From positions 1 to 64,000 of the forward strand of contig JAZNOU010000005.1 in NCBI GenBank assembly GCA_045589295.1: a stretch of 64,000 bases of DNA. Reading direction: 5' to 3'. The translations under genes and the position numbers were made by a program. Source of the stretch: Clostridia bacterium (lineage in GTDB: Bacteria > Bacillota > Clostridia > RGIG6154). The notes beneath the pieces are model-generated. The model was not told where the DNA came from. It was given only the letters and a program-made list of their open reading frames with translations, and made no database searches. Of this stretch, positions 56,009 to 64,000 are shown in pieces (the stretch's first letter is position 1; every line of letters begins with the position of its first letter).

Positions 56009-56455
56009 TCAGTCGTTAAACATTTCATCAACAAGTGTCTTTTGAGCAGTAAGCAGTGCTTCAAACTTTGTTTTGTAAATGTTAATTTCATTTTTAAGTT
56101 CTTCTAGTTTTCTTTCCTGCTCTAAAACTTTGTTTTGCGCGTCAGTTGTTATCTGGGAAGCTTTAAGTTCTGCTTCTTTTACCAAAAGTTCTGCCTTTTC
56201 TGTCGCACTTTTTTTAACATCATCTGCTGTATTTTGTGCAAATCTTAATGTTGTCTGCATCGAGTCTTCCATAGCAATGTACTTTCTTAAAGATTCGTTA
56301 AGATTTGAAAGTTTGTCCTTTAAATCAATATTCTCTCTGTAAATTTTTTCGTACGCATCAGATACCTCAAGCATAAACTCATCTACCAAAAGTCTGTCAT
56401 AACCAGACATTTTTTTAGGAAATTCTTTGTTCTGAATATCTACAGGTGTAATCAT
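56009..56455 (-). CDS. divIVA: DivIVA domain protein
   Basis: MITPVDIQNKEF...GY...VDEF followed by coiled coil. Confidence 0.9.
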   Translation of the reverse strand: MITPVDIQNKEFPKKMSGYDRLLVDEFMLEVSDAYEKIYRENIDLKDKLSNLNESLRKYIAMEDSMQTTLRFAQNTADDVKKSATEKAELLVKEAELKASQITTDAQNKVLEQERKLEELKNEINIYKTKFEALLTAQKTLVDEMFND

Positions 56456-56473
56456 ATAAACCGCTCACTTTCT

Positions 56474-56752
56474 TTAAAAAATATATTTTATAATTGTTAT
56501 TAAAACAGGTACTATTACATAATCTAAAACACACCACACCAAAATAGGTGAAAAATCTACCATCAACTGTCTTCCAAAAATTCTGCTTAAAAGTTGTCTT
56601 GCAGGTGCTAAAACGGGTTCTGTAACAGAATATATAAAATTTGTAAATTTATTATAAGGAACATTGAAAATTTGCAGAATAATCCTTACTAAAATAAGGT
56701 ATTCTACAACTTCTGATAAAATCATAACTGTTCTTATAATATTGTATTCCAA
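56474..56752 (-). CDS. YggT family membrane protein
   Basis: TEPVLAPAR, VDFSPI. Confidence 0.88.
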   Translation of the reverse strand: MEYNIIRTVMILSEVVEYLILVRIILQIFNVPYNKFTNFIYSVTEPVLAPARQLLSRIFGRQLMVDFSPILVWCVLDYVIVPVLITIIKYIF

Positions 56753-56772
56753 ACCAATATCCTCCTAATTTG

Positions 56773-57216
56773 TTATTCCCAGGGGAACAATCCCTTTGAT
56801 CTTAATTCATCCTGCAAATCACCTGTAATTTCTACGTTGTATGGTGTGACAAGAAGAATCACTTTTGAAATTTTCTGAATTCCTCCGTCTATGGCATAAA
56901 CCACACCGCTGATAAAATCAATCATTCTTCTTATCATTTCAGGGTCAGTTCTTTCCATATTGACTACAACAGGTTTTTTAGACTTCAAATGGTCTGCAAT
57001 ATCAATTACGTCATCGAACTTTTGTGCGTGCATAACCACCACCTGAAACTGTGTGGTTGCATGAATATCAACAATTTTTCCTTTTCTGGCATGCTGAACC
57101 AAACTTACGTTGCTTTTTCTTTCAGGAAGTTTGGGTTCTGTTTCCAATAAAAATTCTTCTTCCTCTTCCTCACGATCAAGCCCCATAAAACCAAGCATTT
57201 TGTTCATAAAATCCAT
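56773..57216 (-). CDS. sepF: cell division protein SepF
   Basis: KPVVVN, RRMIDFISGVVYAIDG, TPYNVEI. Confidence 0.93.
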   Translation of the reverse strand: MDFMNKMLGFMGLDREEEEEEFLLETEPKLPERKSNVSLVQHARKGKIVDIHATTQFQVVVMHAQKFDDVIDIADHLKSKKPVVVNMERTDPEMIRRMIDFISGVVYAIDGGIQKISKVILLVTPYNVEITGDLQDELRSKGLFPWE

Positions 57217-57235
57217 TATTTACACCCCATAAACT

Positions 57236-58444
57236 TTATTTTATCAATTTATTGTTTTCAACGTCACCTTTTACAATAATTTCATCGTACAGCGACACGC
57301 TTTTATATTCTGTAACATTATTTTTAACAACAACATATTTGTCATCGCTTCCTAAAATTTCAACCTGTCTGAATTTTGCCACAGAATCATCTGCTATATA
57401 AACACCTGTAACAGAATCTTCAACTCTTACAGCGTCCTTTAAGAACTTAAGTCCTGTTGCACTGTTTATTATAACACTTACTTTGGCATTTCTCGTTGAA
57501 TACGCATAATCATTATAACTGTACACTTCAAAGGCAACAACAGTTTTACCGCCATCATCTTTTGACATATAAAAAACCTGAGCCTTTGTTTCCTTGTTAC
57601 TGTTTTCATTAAAGCGCAATTTTACGTTCATACCTTTTTTTATCGCCATAGCCTTTTTTGTGTCAATAACAGTAACGTAATACCATTTAAAATCGCGCAC
57701 TATTTTTGCACCGGTATAAATCTTATCATCAAAGGATGCGTTGTTTATATCCTTATATTCTTTAACTGTAAGCGTTTGTATTTTTTCAGGAAGCAACACT
57801 TTTTCACCGCCATCTAAAAACGAAAAATACATTCCCGCTTCAGCAGCATATAGTGCATTTTTCTCACCTGAAATACCCGCTTCTAATTCTTTTTTTTGAT
57901 TTTTAAGTGTGTCTAAAACACTTGCGCTTTTATCATCAGATAGTTTTTCATCTATCACTGTTTCAATGTCTGACTTAATCTCAGAAAGCTGTATACCTTG
58001 TCCACGATGAGCATATTTTATTATTTCAGCAGCTTTGCTTTTAACAAGTGCTTCGCTTTTTACACTGTCATTACCAAGAATTTTATTTTGTGCAGCACTT
58101 TTTTCAATATTTATAATTCTTTCATTAAGTGTTTTAAGCTTTGCTTTTGTCTCGGGGTCAACCGACGCACTGTAAACAACCGCAACCTGCTGCCCTTTCT
58201 TAACTCTTTCACCATCTGCCACAAGACTGTCAATAACAGTTCCTGAGTTGTCGGCAATAACAAGTTCATCACGCAAGATATATCCGTTTGTTTCTATCAA
58301 ATCTTCAATTGTACCTAACACCGCAATTTGCTTTTTTACACTGCCGAATATTTTATAATATGCACTATACACACCTAAAACAAGGCACACGCATAAAAGC
58401 ACAATTATAACAGCTCTATATGGAAACTTCATTTTGTGCACCAT
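57236..58444 (-). CDS. HlyD-like membrane fusion/adaptor protein (conserved upstream of sepF in Clostridia)
   Basis: N-terminal TM, biotinyl-lipoyl-like DGERVKKG, coiled coil, C-terminal LYDEII. Confidence 0.75.
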   Translation of the reverse strand: MVHKMKFPYRAVIIVLLCVCLVLGVYSAYYKIFGSVKKQIAVLGTIEDLIETNGYILRDELVIADNSGTVIDSLVADGERVKKGQQVAVVYSASVDPETKAKLKTLNERIINIEKSAAQNKILGNDSVKSEALVKSKAAEIIKYAHRGQGIQLSEIKSDIETVIDEKLSDDKSASVLDTLKNQKKELEAGISGEKNALYAAEAGMYFSFLDGGEKVLLPEKIQTLTVKEYKDINNASFDDKIYTGAKIVRDFKWYYVTVIDTKKAMAIKKGMNVKLRFNENSNKETKAQVFYMSKDDGGKTVVAFEVYSYNDYAYSTRNAKVSVIINSATGLKFLKDAVRVEDSVTGVYIADDSVAKFRQVEILGSDDKYVVVKNNVTEYKSVSLYDEIIVKGDVENNKLIK

Positions 58445-58476
58445 TCCTTATTGTATTAATTATACTATACAACTTA

Positions 58477-59409
58477 TCACAATTCCATAGTTTTTTTAAA
58501 TATTTCAATAATTTTTTTGTCAGAAATATCAACCCATGTCGTATTTTGCTCTCTTTTGAACCATGTTATCTGACGTTTGGCATAATTTCTTGTCGCTTTT
58601 TTCAAAAGTTCTGTCATTTCAATATACGACAAACTTCCGTTAAGATACGTTAAAACCTCTTTATAGCCTATTGCCTGCATAGACGTATACCTTTGGTCAA
58701 CACCCTTTTTCAAAAGCTCTTCAACTTCCGTAACCAGACCTTTTTCAAACATCTTGTCAACTCTTTTATTTATTCTTTCATAAAGAGCCTCTCGGTCAGT
58801 TGAAATTCCAAACTTGAATATTTGATATTTACTTTCTGTTGTTTTGCCCTTTTCTATATGCTCGCTTTGCTTTACTCCTGTTGTTTTAAAAAACTCAAGC
58901 GCTCTTATTACCCTCTTTAAATTATTAGGGTGAATATTTTGTGCTGATTTTTCGTCAACTTCTTTTAAAAGGTTATAAACATAATCATTGCCATTTTGTT
59001 GTGCCAAGGCATAAAGATTTTCTCTGTACTGCTCATCATTTTTTGTTTCACTCAAAACAGTTCCGTTAATTAATGTATCAATATAAAGTCCCGTTCCTCC
59101 TGCAAGAATTGGAATTTTTCCGTTTTTCCACACATTTTGTATAACTGTTTCAGCCTCTTTAACATATCTTGCCAAAGAATAGTTTTCTGTCGGCTCCGCA
59201 ACATCAATCATATAATGGGCAATACCTTGCATTTCCTCAATTGTAGGTTTTGCTGTTCCAATATCCATTCCTTTATATACCTGCATAGAATCTGCAGTTA
59301 TAATCTCGCCATTAACGTTTTTTGCAACCTTAACCGCCAAATCGCTTTTTCCTGATGCCGTAGGTCCAAATATAACAATCAACGGTATTTTTTCGCATTT
59401 GCTACACAA
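58477..59409 (-). CDS. miaA: tRNA dimethylallyltransferase
   Basis: GPTASGKS, DSMQVYKGMDIGTAKP, GGTGLY, YAKRQITWF; probable TTG start at 59409. Confidence 0.94.
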   Translation of the reverse strand: MCSKCEKIPLIVIFGPTASGKSDLAVKVAKNVNGEIITADSMQVYKGMDIGTAKPTIEEMQGIAHYMIDVAEPTENYSLARYVKEAETVIQNVWKNGKIPILAGGTGLYIDTLINGTVLSETKNDEQYRENLYALAQQNGNDYVYNLLKEVDEKSAQNIHPNNLKRVIRALEFFKTTGVKQSEHIEKGKTTESKYQIFKFGISTDREALYERINKRVDKMFEKGLVTEVEELLKKGVDQRYTSMQAIGYKEVLTYLNGSLSYIEMTELLKKATRNYAKRQITWFKREQNTTWVDISDKKIIEIFKKTMEL

Positions 59410-61204
59410 TTCTTTTAAATTCCTTTTCGATAAATTTTTTGTCAAAAGAAATAATAACAGGTCTTCCGTGAGGACAGGTTCTTATCTTTTCATCGTTTAA
59501 AACTGTATCGGCTAAGCTTTGCATTTCTGCAACACTTAGTTTTCTGTTGGCTTTTATTGCGCCTTTGCAGGCAACCGAAAACATTGCTTTGTCATATATT
59601 TCCGTAGCATCTTTTGATTTTTTTAAAAGCTCTAAAATTTCAAACACAGTTTCTTGTACCTGAACTGCCTCTATTTCAGAAGGTGTTCTTCTTACTGCAA
59701 AAGTATTCTGACCAAATTCTTCAATTTCAAAACCTAATTTTTCAAAGATTTCCATATTTTCAATTAAAATTTCACAGTCTGTTGGCAACATACTGAATGT
59801 TTCAGGGAACATAAGCAGCTGTGAAACCTCTTCTCTTGAGTCTTTAAGTTGTTCATATCTTATTCGCTCATGAGCTGCGTGCTGGTCAATCAAAAACATT
59901 TTATTGTCGTTTTCTACAATTATATAAGTGTCAAACACCTGACCGCACACCTTAAAGCTAACCTTTTCCTCAAGTATTAATGCCTTATTTTCAGGTTCTG
60001 CCAGAACAGGAACTTCTTCAAAAGTTATATTTTCAAAAACTTCTTGTTTTTCCTCGTTTTTAAAAGCGTCTATAATATCTTTTGCAAAAAAGTCTTCAAT
60101 TTTTGTTTCTTTTTGAGAAAATGTATTAGGCTTAAACTCAAAAGGCTTTGCTTCTTTTTTTACAAATTCAAAAGTTTCTTTTACTGTTTCTTGCCTCTTT
60201 ACTTCTTTTTCCTTAGTAGAGTTAAATATTGCATTTTGTACTGCCCACGAAACTGCATCTGAAATCTTTCTTTCGTTAGAAAACTTAATTTCAAGCTTTG
60301 ACGGATGAACATTGACATCAACTTGTGAGCTGTCTATTTCAATATTTAGTATAAGTACAGGAAATCTACCCGTCATAAGCATTGTTCTGTATGCATTCTC
60401 TGCTGCATAACAAATAGTCTTTGATCTCACCCATCTGCCATTTACATAAAAGTTCTGCATAGCTCTGTTTTGTCTTGCACTATATGGCATTCCAACCGCA
60501 CCTGTGACTTTTACACCCTCGTATTCATAATTCACTTCAATGAGAGATGATGCCACTTCATTCCCCCAGACAGATGCTGCTGCATCTTTGATACTACCAT
60601 TTCCTGAAGAAAATCTTATTTCTCTGCCTGTATTTAAATATTTAAATGAGATGTCCGGATTGCCTAAAATTAGCCTGTCTACAGTTTCTGCAATGTGTGC
60701 CGCCTCTGTTACATCTTTTTTCAAAAAATTCATTCTTGCAGGAGTGTTATAAAAAAGCTCTCTTACAATCATTGTTGTACCATCCGGGCAACCCGCCTCT
60801 GATTTTGAAACAATTTTACCGCCTTCTAATGACAAAACCGTTCCTTCAATTTGGCCTATAGCTTTTGTGATAACGTCTACCTTTGCAACTGAGGCAATTG
60901 ATGCTAAAGCTTCACCTCTAAACCCCATTGTGTAAAGCTTGTAAAGGTCATCAATTGATTTTATCTTGCTTGTTGAGTGAGGCAAAAACGCTGTTTCAAC
61001 ATCATCTTTATCAATACCTGAGCCATTATCTGTAATTCTTATAAAAGAAATGCCGCCATTTTTAATTTCAACGGTTATTGAATCTGCTCCCGCGTCAATA
61101 GAATTTTCCACCAATTCCTTGACAACAGAAGCAGGGCGCTCTACAACCTCGCCCGCCGCAATCTTATTAACAGTTTCAATATCAAGTACGTTAATTTTTC
61201 CCAC
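59402..61204 (-). CDS. mutL: DNA mismatch repair endonuclease MutL
   Basis: IAAGEVVERP, GFRGEAL, DQHAAHER, ACK, CPHGRP. Confidence 0.97.
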   Translation of the reverse strand: MGKINVLDIETVNKIAAGEVVERPASVVKELVENSIDAGADSITVEIKNGGISFIRITDNGSGIDKDDVETAFLPHSTSKIKSIDDLYKLYTMGFRGEALASIASVAKVDVITKAIGQIEGTVLSLEGGKIVSKSEAGCPDGTTMIVRELFYNTPARMNFLKKDVTEAAHIAETVDRLILGNPDISFKYLNTGREIRFSSGNGSIKDAAASVWGNEVASSLIEVNYEYEGVKVTGAVGMPYSARQNRAMQNFYVNGRWVRSKTICYAAENAYRTMLMTGRFPVLILNIEIDSSQVDVNVHPSKLEIKFSNERKISDAVSWAVQNAIFNSTKEKEVKRQETVKETFEFVKKEAKPFEFKPNTFSQKETKIEDFFAKDIIDAFKNEEKQEVFENITFEEVPVLAEPENKALILEEKVSFKVCGQVFDTYIIVENDNKMFLIDQHAAHERIRYEQLKDSREEVSQLLMFPETFSMLPTDCEILIENMEIFEKLGFEIEEFGQNTFAVRRTPSEIEAVQVQETVFEILELLKKSKDATEIYDKAMFSVACKGAIKANRKLSVAEMQSLADTVLNDEKIRTCPHGRPVIISFDKKFIEKEFKRIV

Positions 61205-61222
61205 TCAACAATTCCTCTTTAA

Positions 61223-63829
61223 TCACATTATACTTTCTGCTTTATTTTTAAGTTCAAAAAGTTTGTTCATCGCCTCTATCGGAGACAAAACATTTATATC
61301 AATTTCAGATATTTCCTTTATAAAATCACTTCTGTCAGCATCAAACATATTAAACTGCACGTCGCCTGAAGTTTCTGTGTTTTCTGCTTTTTTTACAGAT
61401 TTGTTCTTTGGTTCATCGCTTTCTAGTGATACCAAAATCTTCTTGGCGCTCTTAATAATATCATCCGAAACGCCTGCAAGTTTTGCAACCTCGATACCAT
61501 AACTTTCATCCGCACCACCGCGCACAATCTTTCTTAAGAAAACAATATCATCACCGCGTTTTTTTGCAATGATACAATAATTTTTAACACCTTTTAATTT
61601 TTCTTCCAACTGTGTAAGCTCGTGGTAGTGGGTTGCAAAAAGCGTTCTTGCACCTAGTTTTTTCTTGTCTGCTATATATTCAACCAAAGCCCACGCTATT
61701 GAAAGCCCGTCAAAAGTAGAAGTACCGCGACCAACCTCGTCAATTATCAAAAGGCTTTTTGAAGTTGCATTGTTTATTATATTGGCAACCTCATTCATTT
61801 CCACCATAAAGGTACTCTGGCCGGAAGACAAATCATCTGATGCACCTATTCTTGTGAAAATCTTGTCTACTACACCTACTCTTGCATAAGTTGCAGGAAC
61901 ATAGCTTCCCATTTGTGCTAAGATAACTATAACTGCAATCTGCCTCATATATGTAGATTTACCTGCCATATTAGGACCTGTTATAATTGAAAACATATTT
62001 TCATCGCAATCAAGTGTTGTGTCATTTGGCACAAACAAACTGTTTTTAAGCATGGTTTCCACAACAGGATGTCTGCCGTCTTTTATAATGATTTCACTTG
62101 TTTGTGTAACCTCGGGTTTTGTGTAATTATTTTTAACTGCAACCTCAGAAAGCGATGCAATACTGTCAACAGTTGCAATAACTTTTGCAGTTTTCTGAAG
62201 TCTTTGTATTTTTGACTTTATATTTTCCCTTATTTCACAAAATAAATTATATTCTCTTGCAACTATCTTTTCGGTTGACCTTAATACAATATCTTCAATT
62301 TCTTTAAGTTCTTCAGTTATAAATCTCTCGGCGTTTGCCAGAGTCTGCTTTCTGATATAATCATCAGGAATTAAGTCAAAATATGACCTTGTTACTTCTA
62401 TGTAGTAACCAAAAACTCTGTTGTAGCTTACCTTTAAATTTTTTATTCCCGTTCTTTCTCTTTCTCTTGCCTCAAGTTGTGCAAGGCGTGCTCCGCCATT
62501 TTTTCTGCCGTTTCGCCACTCATCCAAAGTAGCATCGTAACCCTCTTTTATAATTCCGCCTTCCCTGATTGTGAACGGGGTTTCTTTGGTTTCAATTGAA
62601 ACGGAGATAAGGTTATAAATATCGTTAAGCAAATCAAACTCTGTAAACATCTCGACCAAAAGACCACTTTCGCACTCTGACATAAGATTTTTAATATCAG
62701 GCAAGTTTTTTATTGATTCATTTAACGCTAATAAATCTCTTGCGTTTACTGTTTGATACTCAATTTTAGACACAATTCTCTCAATATCGCTGATATTTGA
62801 CAAAGCATTACGCATTTCCTCCCTCAGCATCTGCTTTTTGACAAATTCTTCTACTGCATCTAGTCGTCTTTGAATATGTCTGCATGAAACAAGCGGCTGA
62901 ACAAGCCAGTTTGAAATCATTCTTGCTCCCATTCCTGTTTTTGTTTTGTCAATTATGCTTAAAAGCGAGCCTTTTTTCACACCCTCACGGAAAGTTTTTG
63001 TAAGCTCTAAATTTGCTCTTGCAACACTATCTAAACAAAGATACTGACAAGATTCATAAAACTCTGCCTTATTTATATGTTCAAGCTCTGTCATCTGCGT
63101 TTTTGCAAGATATTTAAGCATCATTGCCGCACTTCTTGCAGCAAGCTTATTCACCGTAATATCATCTTTCTTTAAGTGATTTTTAAGATGCTCTTCCAAA
63201 AAATCCTTTGCATCATTATACTGTATATCTTCTGTAAGCTGCATAAAAGGGTTGTACCTCTTTGTTATAATATTTAAAGAGTACTTGTCCTCTTCTAAAA
63301 TGCTGTTATATATAATTTCTGATGGTGCAAATTTAGCAATTTCGTTAAGCATATCAAATTTCGCGCTGTCAGATGTAAATTCTGTTGCATAAAGTTCACC
63401 TGTAGTTGCATCTGCCGCAGTAAACCCAAATGATGCTCCATCCTTTAAAATTCCAACAATAAAGTTGTTTGTGTTTTCCTCTATTGCATCCGGTATTGTA
63501 ATGGTTCCGGGGGTGATAACTTTAACAATTTCTCTCTGAACAAGCCCTTTACTTTCTTTGGGGTCAGAAACCTGTTCACATATTGCAACCTTGTATCCCG
63601 CTTTTACAAGCTTTGCTATGTATGGATCACAGCTGTGATAAGGAACTCCGCACATTGGTGCTCTGTTTTCCTCACCACAATCACGTCCTGTCAGAGTAAG
63701 TCCTAAAATTTCCGATGCAATCTGTGCATCAGAAAAAAACATCTCGTAAAAATCGCCGAGTCTGTAAAAAATTATGCAATCTTTATTTTTTTCTTTTATC
63801 TCCAGATACTGAAGCATCATTGGAGTCAT
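61223..63829 (-). CDS. mutS: DNA mismatch repair protein MutS
   Basis: TPMMLQY, GDFYEMF, TGPNMAGKST, STFMVEM, DEVGRGTST, FATHYHE. Confidence 0.97.
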   Translation of the reverse strand: MTPMMLQYLEIKEKNKDCIIFYRLGDFYEMFFSDAQIASEILGLTLTGRDCGEENRAPMCGVPYHSCDPYIAKLVKAGYKVAICEQVSDPKESKGLVQREIVKVITPGTITIPDAIEENTNNFIVGILKDGASFGFTAADATTGELYATEFTSDSAKFDMLNEIAKFAPSEIIYNSILEEDKYSLNIITKRYNPFMQLTEDIQYNDAKDFLEEHLKNHLKKDDITVNKLAARSAAMMLKYLAKTQMTELEHINKAEFYESCQYLCLDSVARANLELTKTFREGVKKGSLLSIIDKTKTGMGARMISNWLVQPLVSCRHIQRRLDAVEEFVKKQMLREEMRNALSNISDIERIVSKIEYQTVNARDLLALNESIKNLPDIKNLMSECESGLLVEMFTEFDLLNDIYNLISVSIETKETPFTIREGGIIKEGYDATLDEWRNGRKNGGARLAQLEARERERTGIKNLKVSYNRVFGYYIEVTRSYFDLIPDDYIRKQTLANAERFITEELKEIEDIVLRSTEKIVAREYNLFCEIRENIKSKIQRLQKTAKVIATVDSIASLSEVAVKNNYTKPEVTQTSEIIIKDGRHPVVETMLKNSLFVPNDTTLDCDENMFSIITGPNMAGKSTYMRQIAVIVILAQMGSYVPATYARVGVVDKIFTRIGASDDLSSGQSTFMVEMNEVANIINNATSKSLLIIDEVGRGTSTFDGLSIAWALVEYIADKKKLGARTLFATHYHELTQLEEKLKGVKNYCIIAKKRGDDIVFLRKIVRGGADESYGIEVAKLAGVSDDIIKSAKKILVSLESDEPKNKSVKKAENTETSGDVQFNMFDADRSDFIKEISEIDINVLSPIEAMNKLFELKNKAESIM

Positions 63830-63845
63830 AAATACATCTCCGTTT

Positions 63846-64000
63846 CTATTTTTTTGACTTATTTCCTACCTGATTTATGTCGTAAGGTGTTTCCTGATAC
63901 AAATAGTAGTTTATCCAGTTTGAAAAAAGAAGTGTTGCTGCAGAACGCCATTTGACAACAGGTGATTTTTTCGGATCATTTCCCGGGAAATAATTTTCAG
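63846..64000 (-). CDS. metA: homoserine O-acyltransferase, C-terminal part (truncated by the window edge)
   Basis: Translates as [40 protein letters not shown]...*, the typical MetA C-terminus. Confidence 0.88.
   Translation of the reverse strand, partial: ENYFPGNDPKKSPVVKWRSAATLLFSNWINYYLYQETPYDINQVGNKSKK

Noticed and set aside
1149-61889. Dozens of 60-200 aa ORFs antisense to or nested in long genes (e.g. 11782-12348, 36079-36684, 38028-38543, 49323-49730, 61050-61502)
   Set aside because: Shadow ORFs: they overlap well-supported genes, have skewed Ser/Phe/Ile composition and show no family motifs
1-64000. CRISPR array, prophage, integrase or defence-system genes
   Set aside because: No regularly spaced direct repeats or recognisable cas, phage, recombinase or toxin ORFs were seen by eye

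Overview
This is a low-GC chromosomal segment from a spore-forming Clostridia-class Firmicute (it carries spoVAC/D/E, addAB and a T-box). Most genes lie on the minus strand. Housekeeping blocks are T-box-pheS-pheT, an archaeal-type aspS, ROK-clpC/E-galK-rdgB, an amino-acid ABC transporter, addBA, a partial cps/eps block (capD-like, nucleotidyltransferase, BY-kinase, PHP phosphatase), spoVA, fprA-rubredoxin-zupT, dinB, sepF-yggT-divIVA-lspA-rluD and metA(partial)-mutS-mutL-miaA. Three intact tRNAs are present (Ser-GGA, Lys-UUU, Gln-UUG). I saw no CRISPR array, prophage or integrase. The most unusual part is 27.5-34.1 kb. It holds two intact metabolic enzymes each fused to an XRE-type HTH domain: HTH-GlmM, followed by a stand-alone GlmU-like acetyltransferase, and HTH-AlaA, which has a likely internal restart. 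Each has palindromic operator candidates upstream. The block ends in a structured tRNA-fMet-derived element whose D-arm is replaced by about 105 nt of hairpins, joined to an inverted tRNA 3' fragment. Other oddities are a probable IS200-type left end at the window edge, two secreted SGNH hydrolases with GAS in place of GDS, an orphan response regulator with Asp-to-Glu at the phosphoacceptor, and a Shine-Dalgarno separated from its start codon by a hairpin. All calls come from reading motifs by eye; no searches were run.
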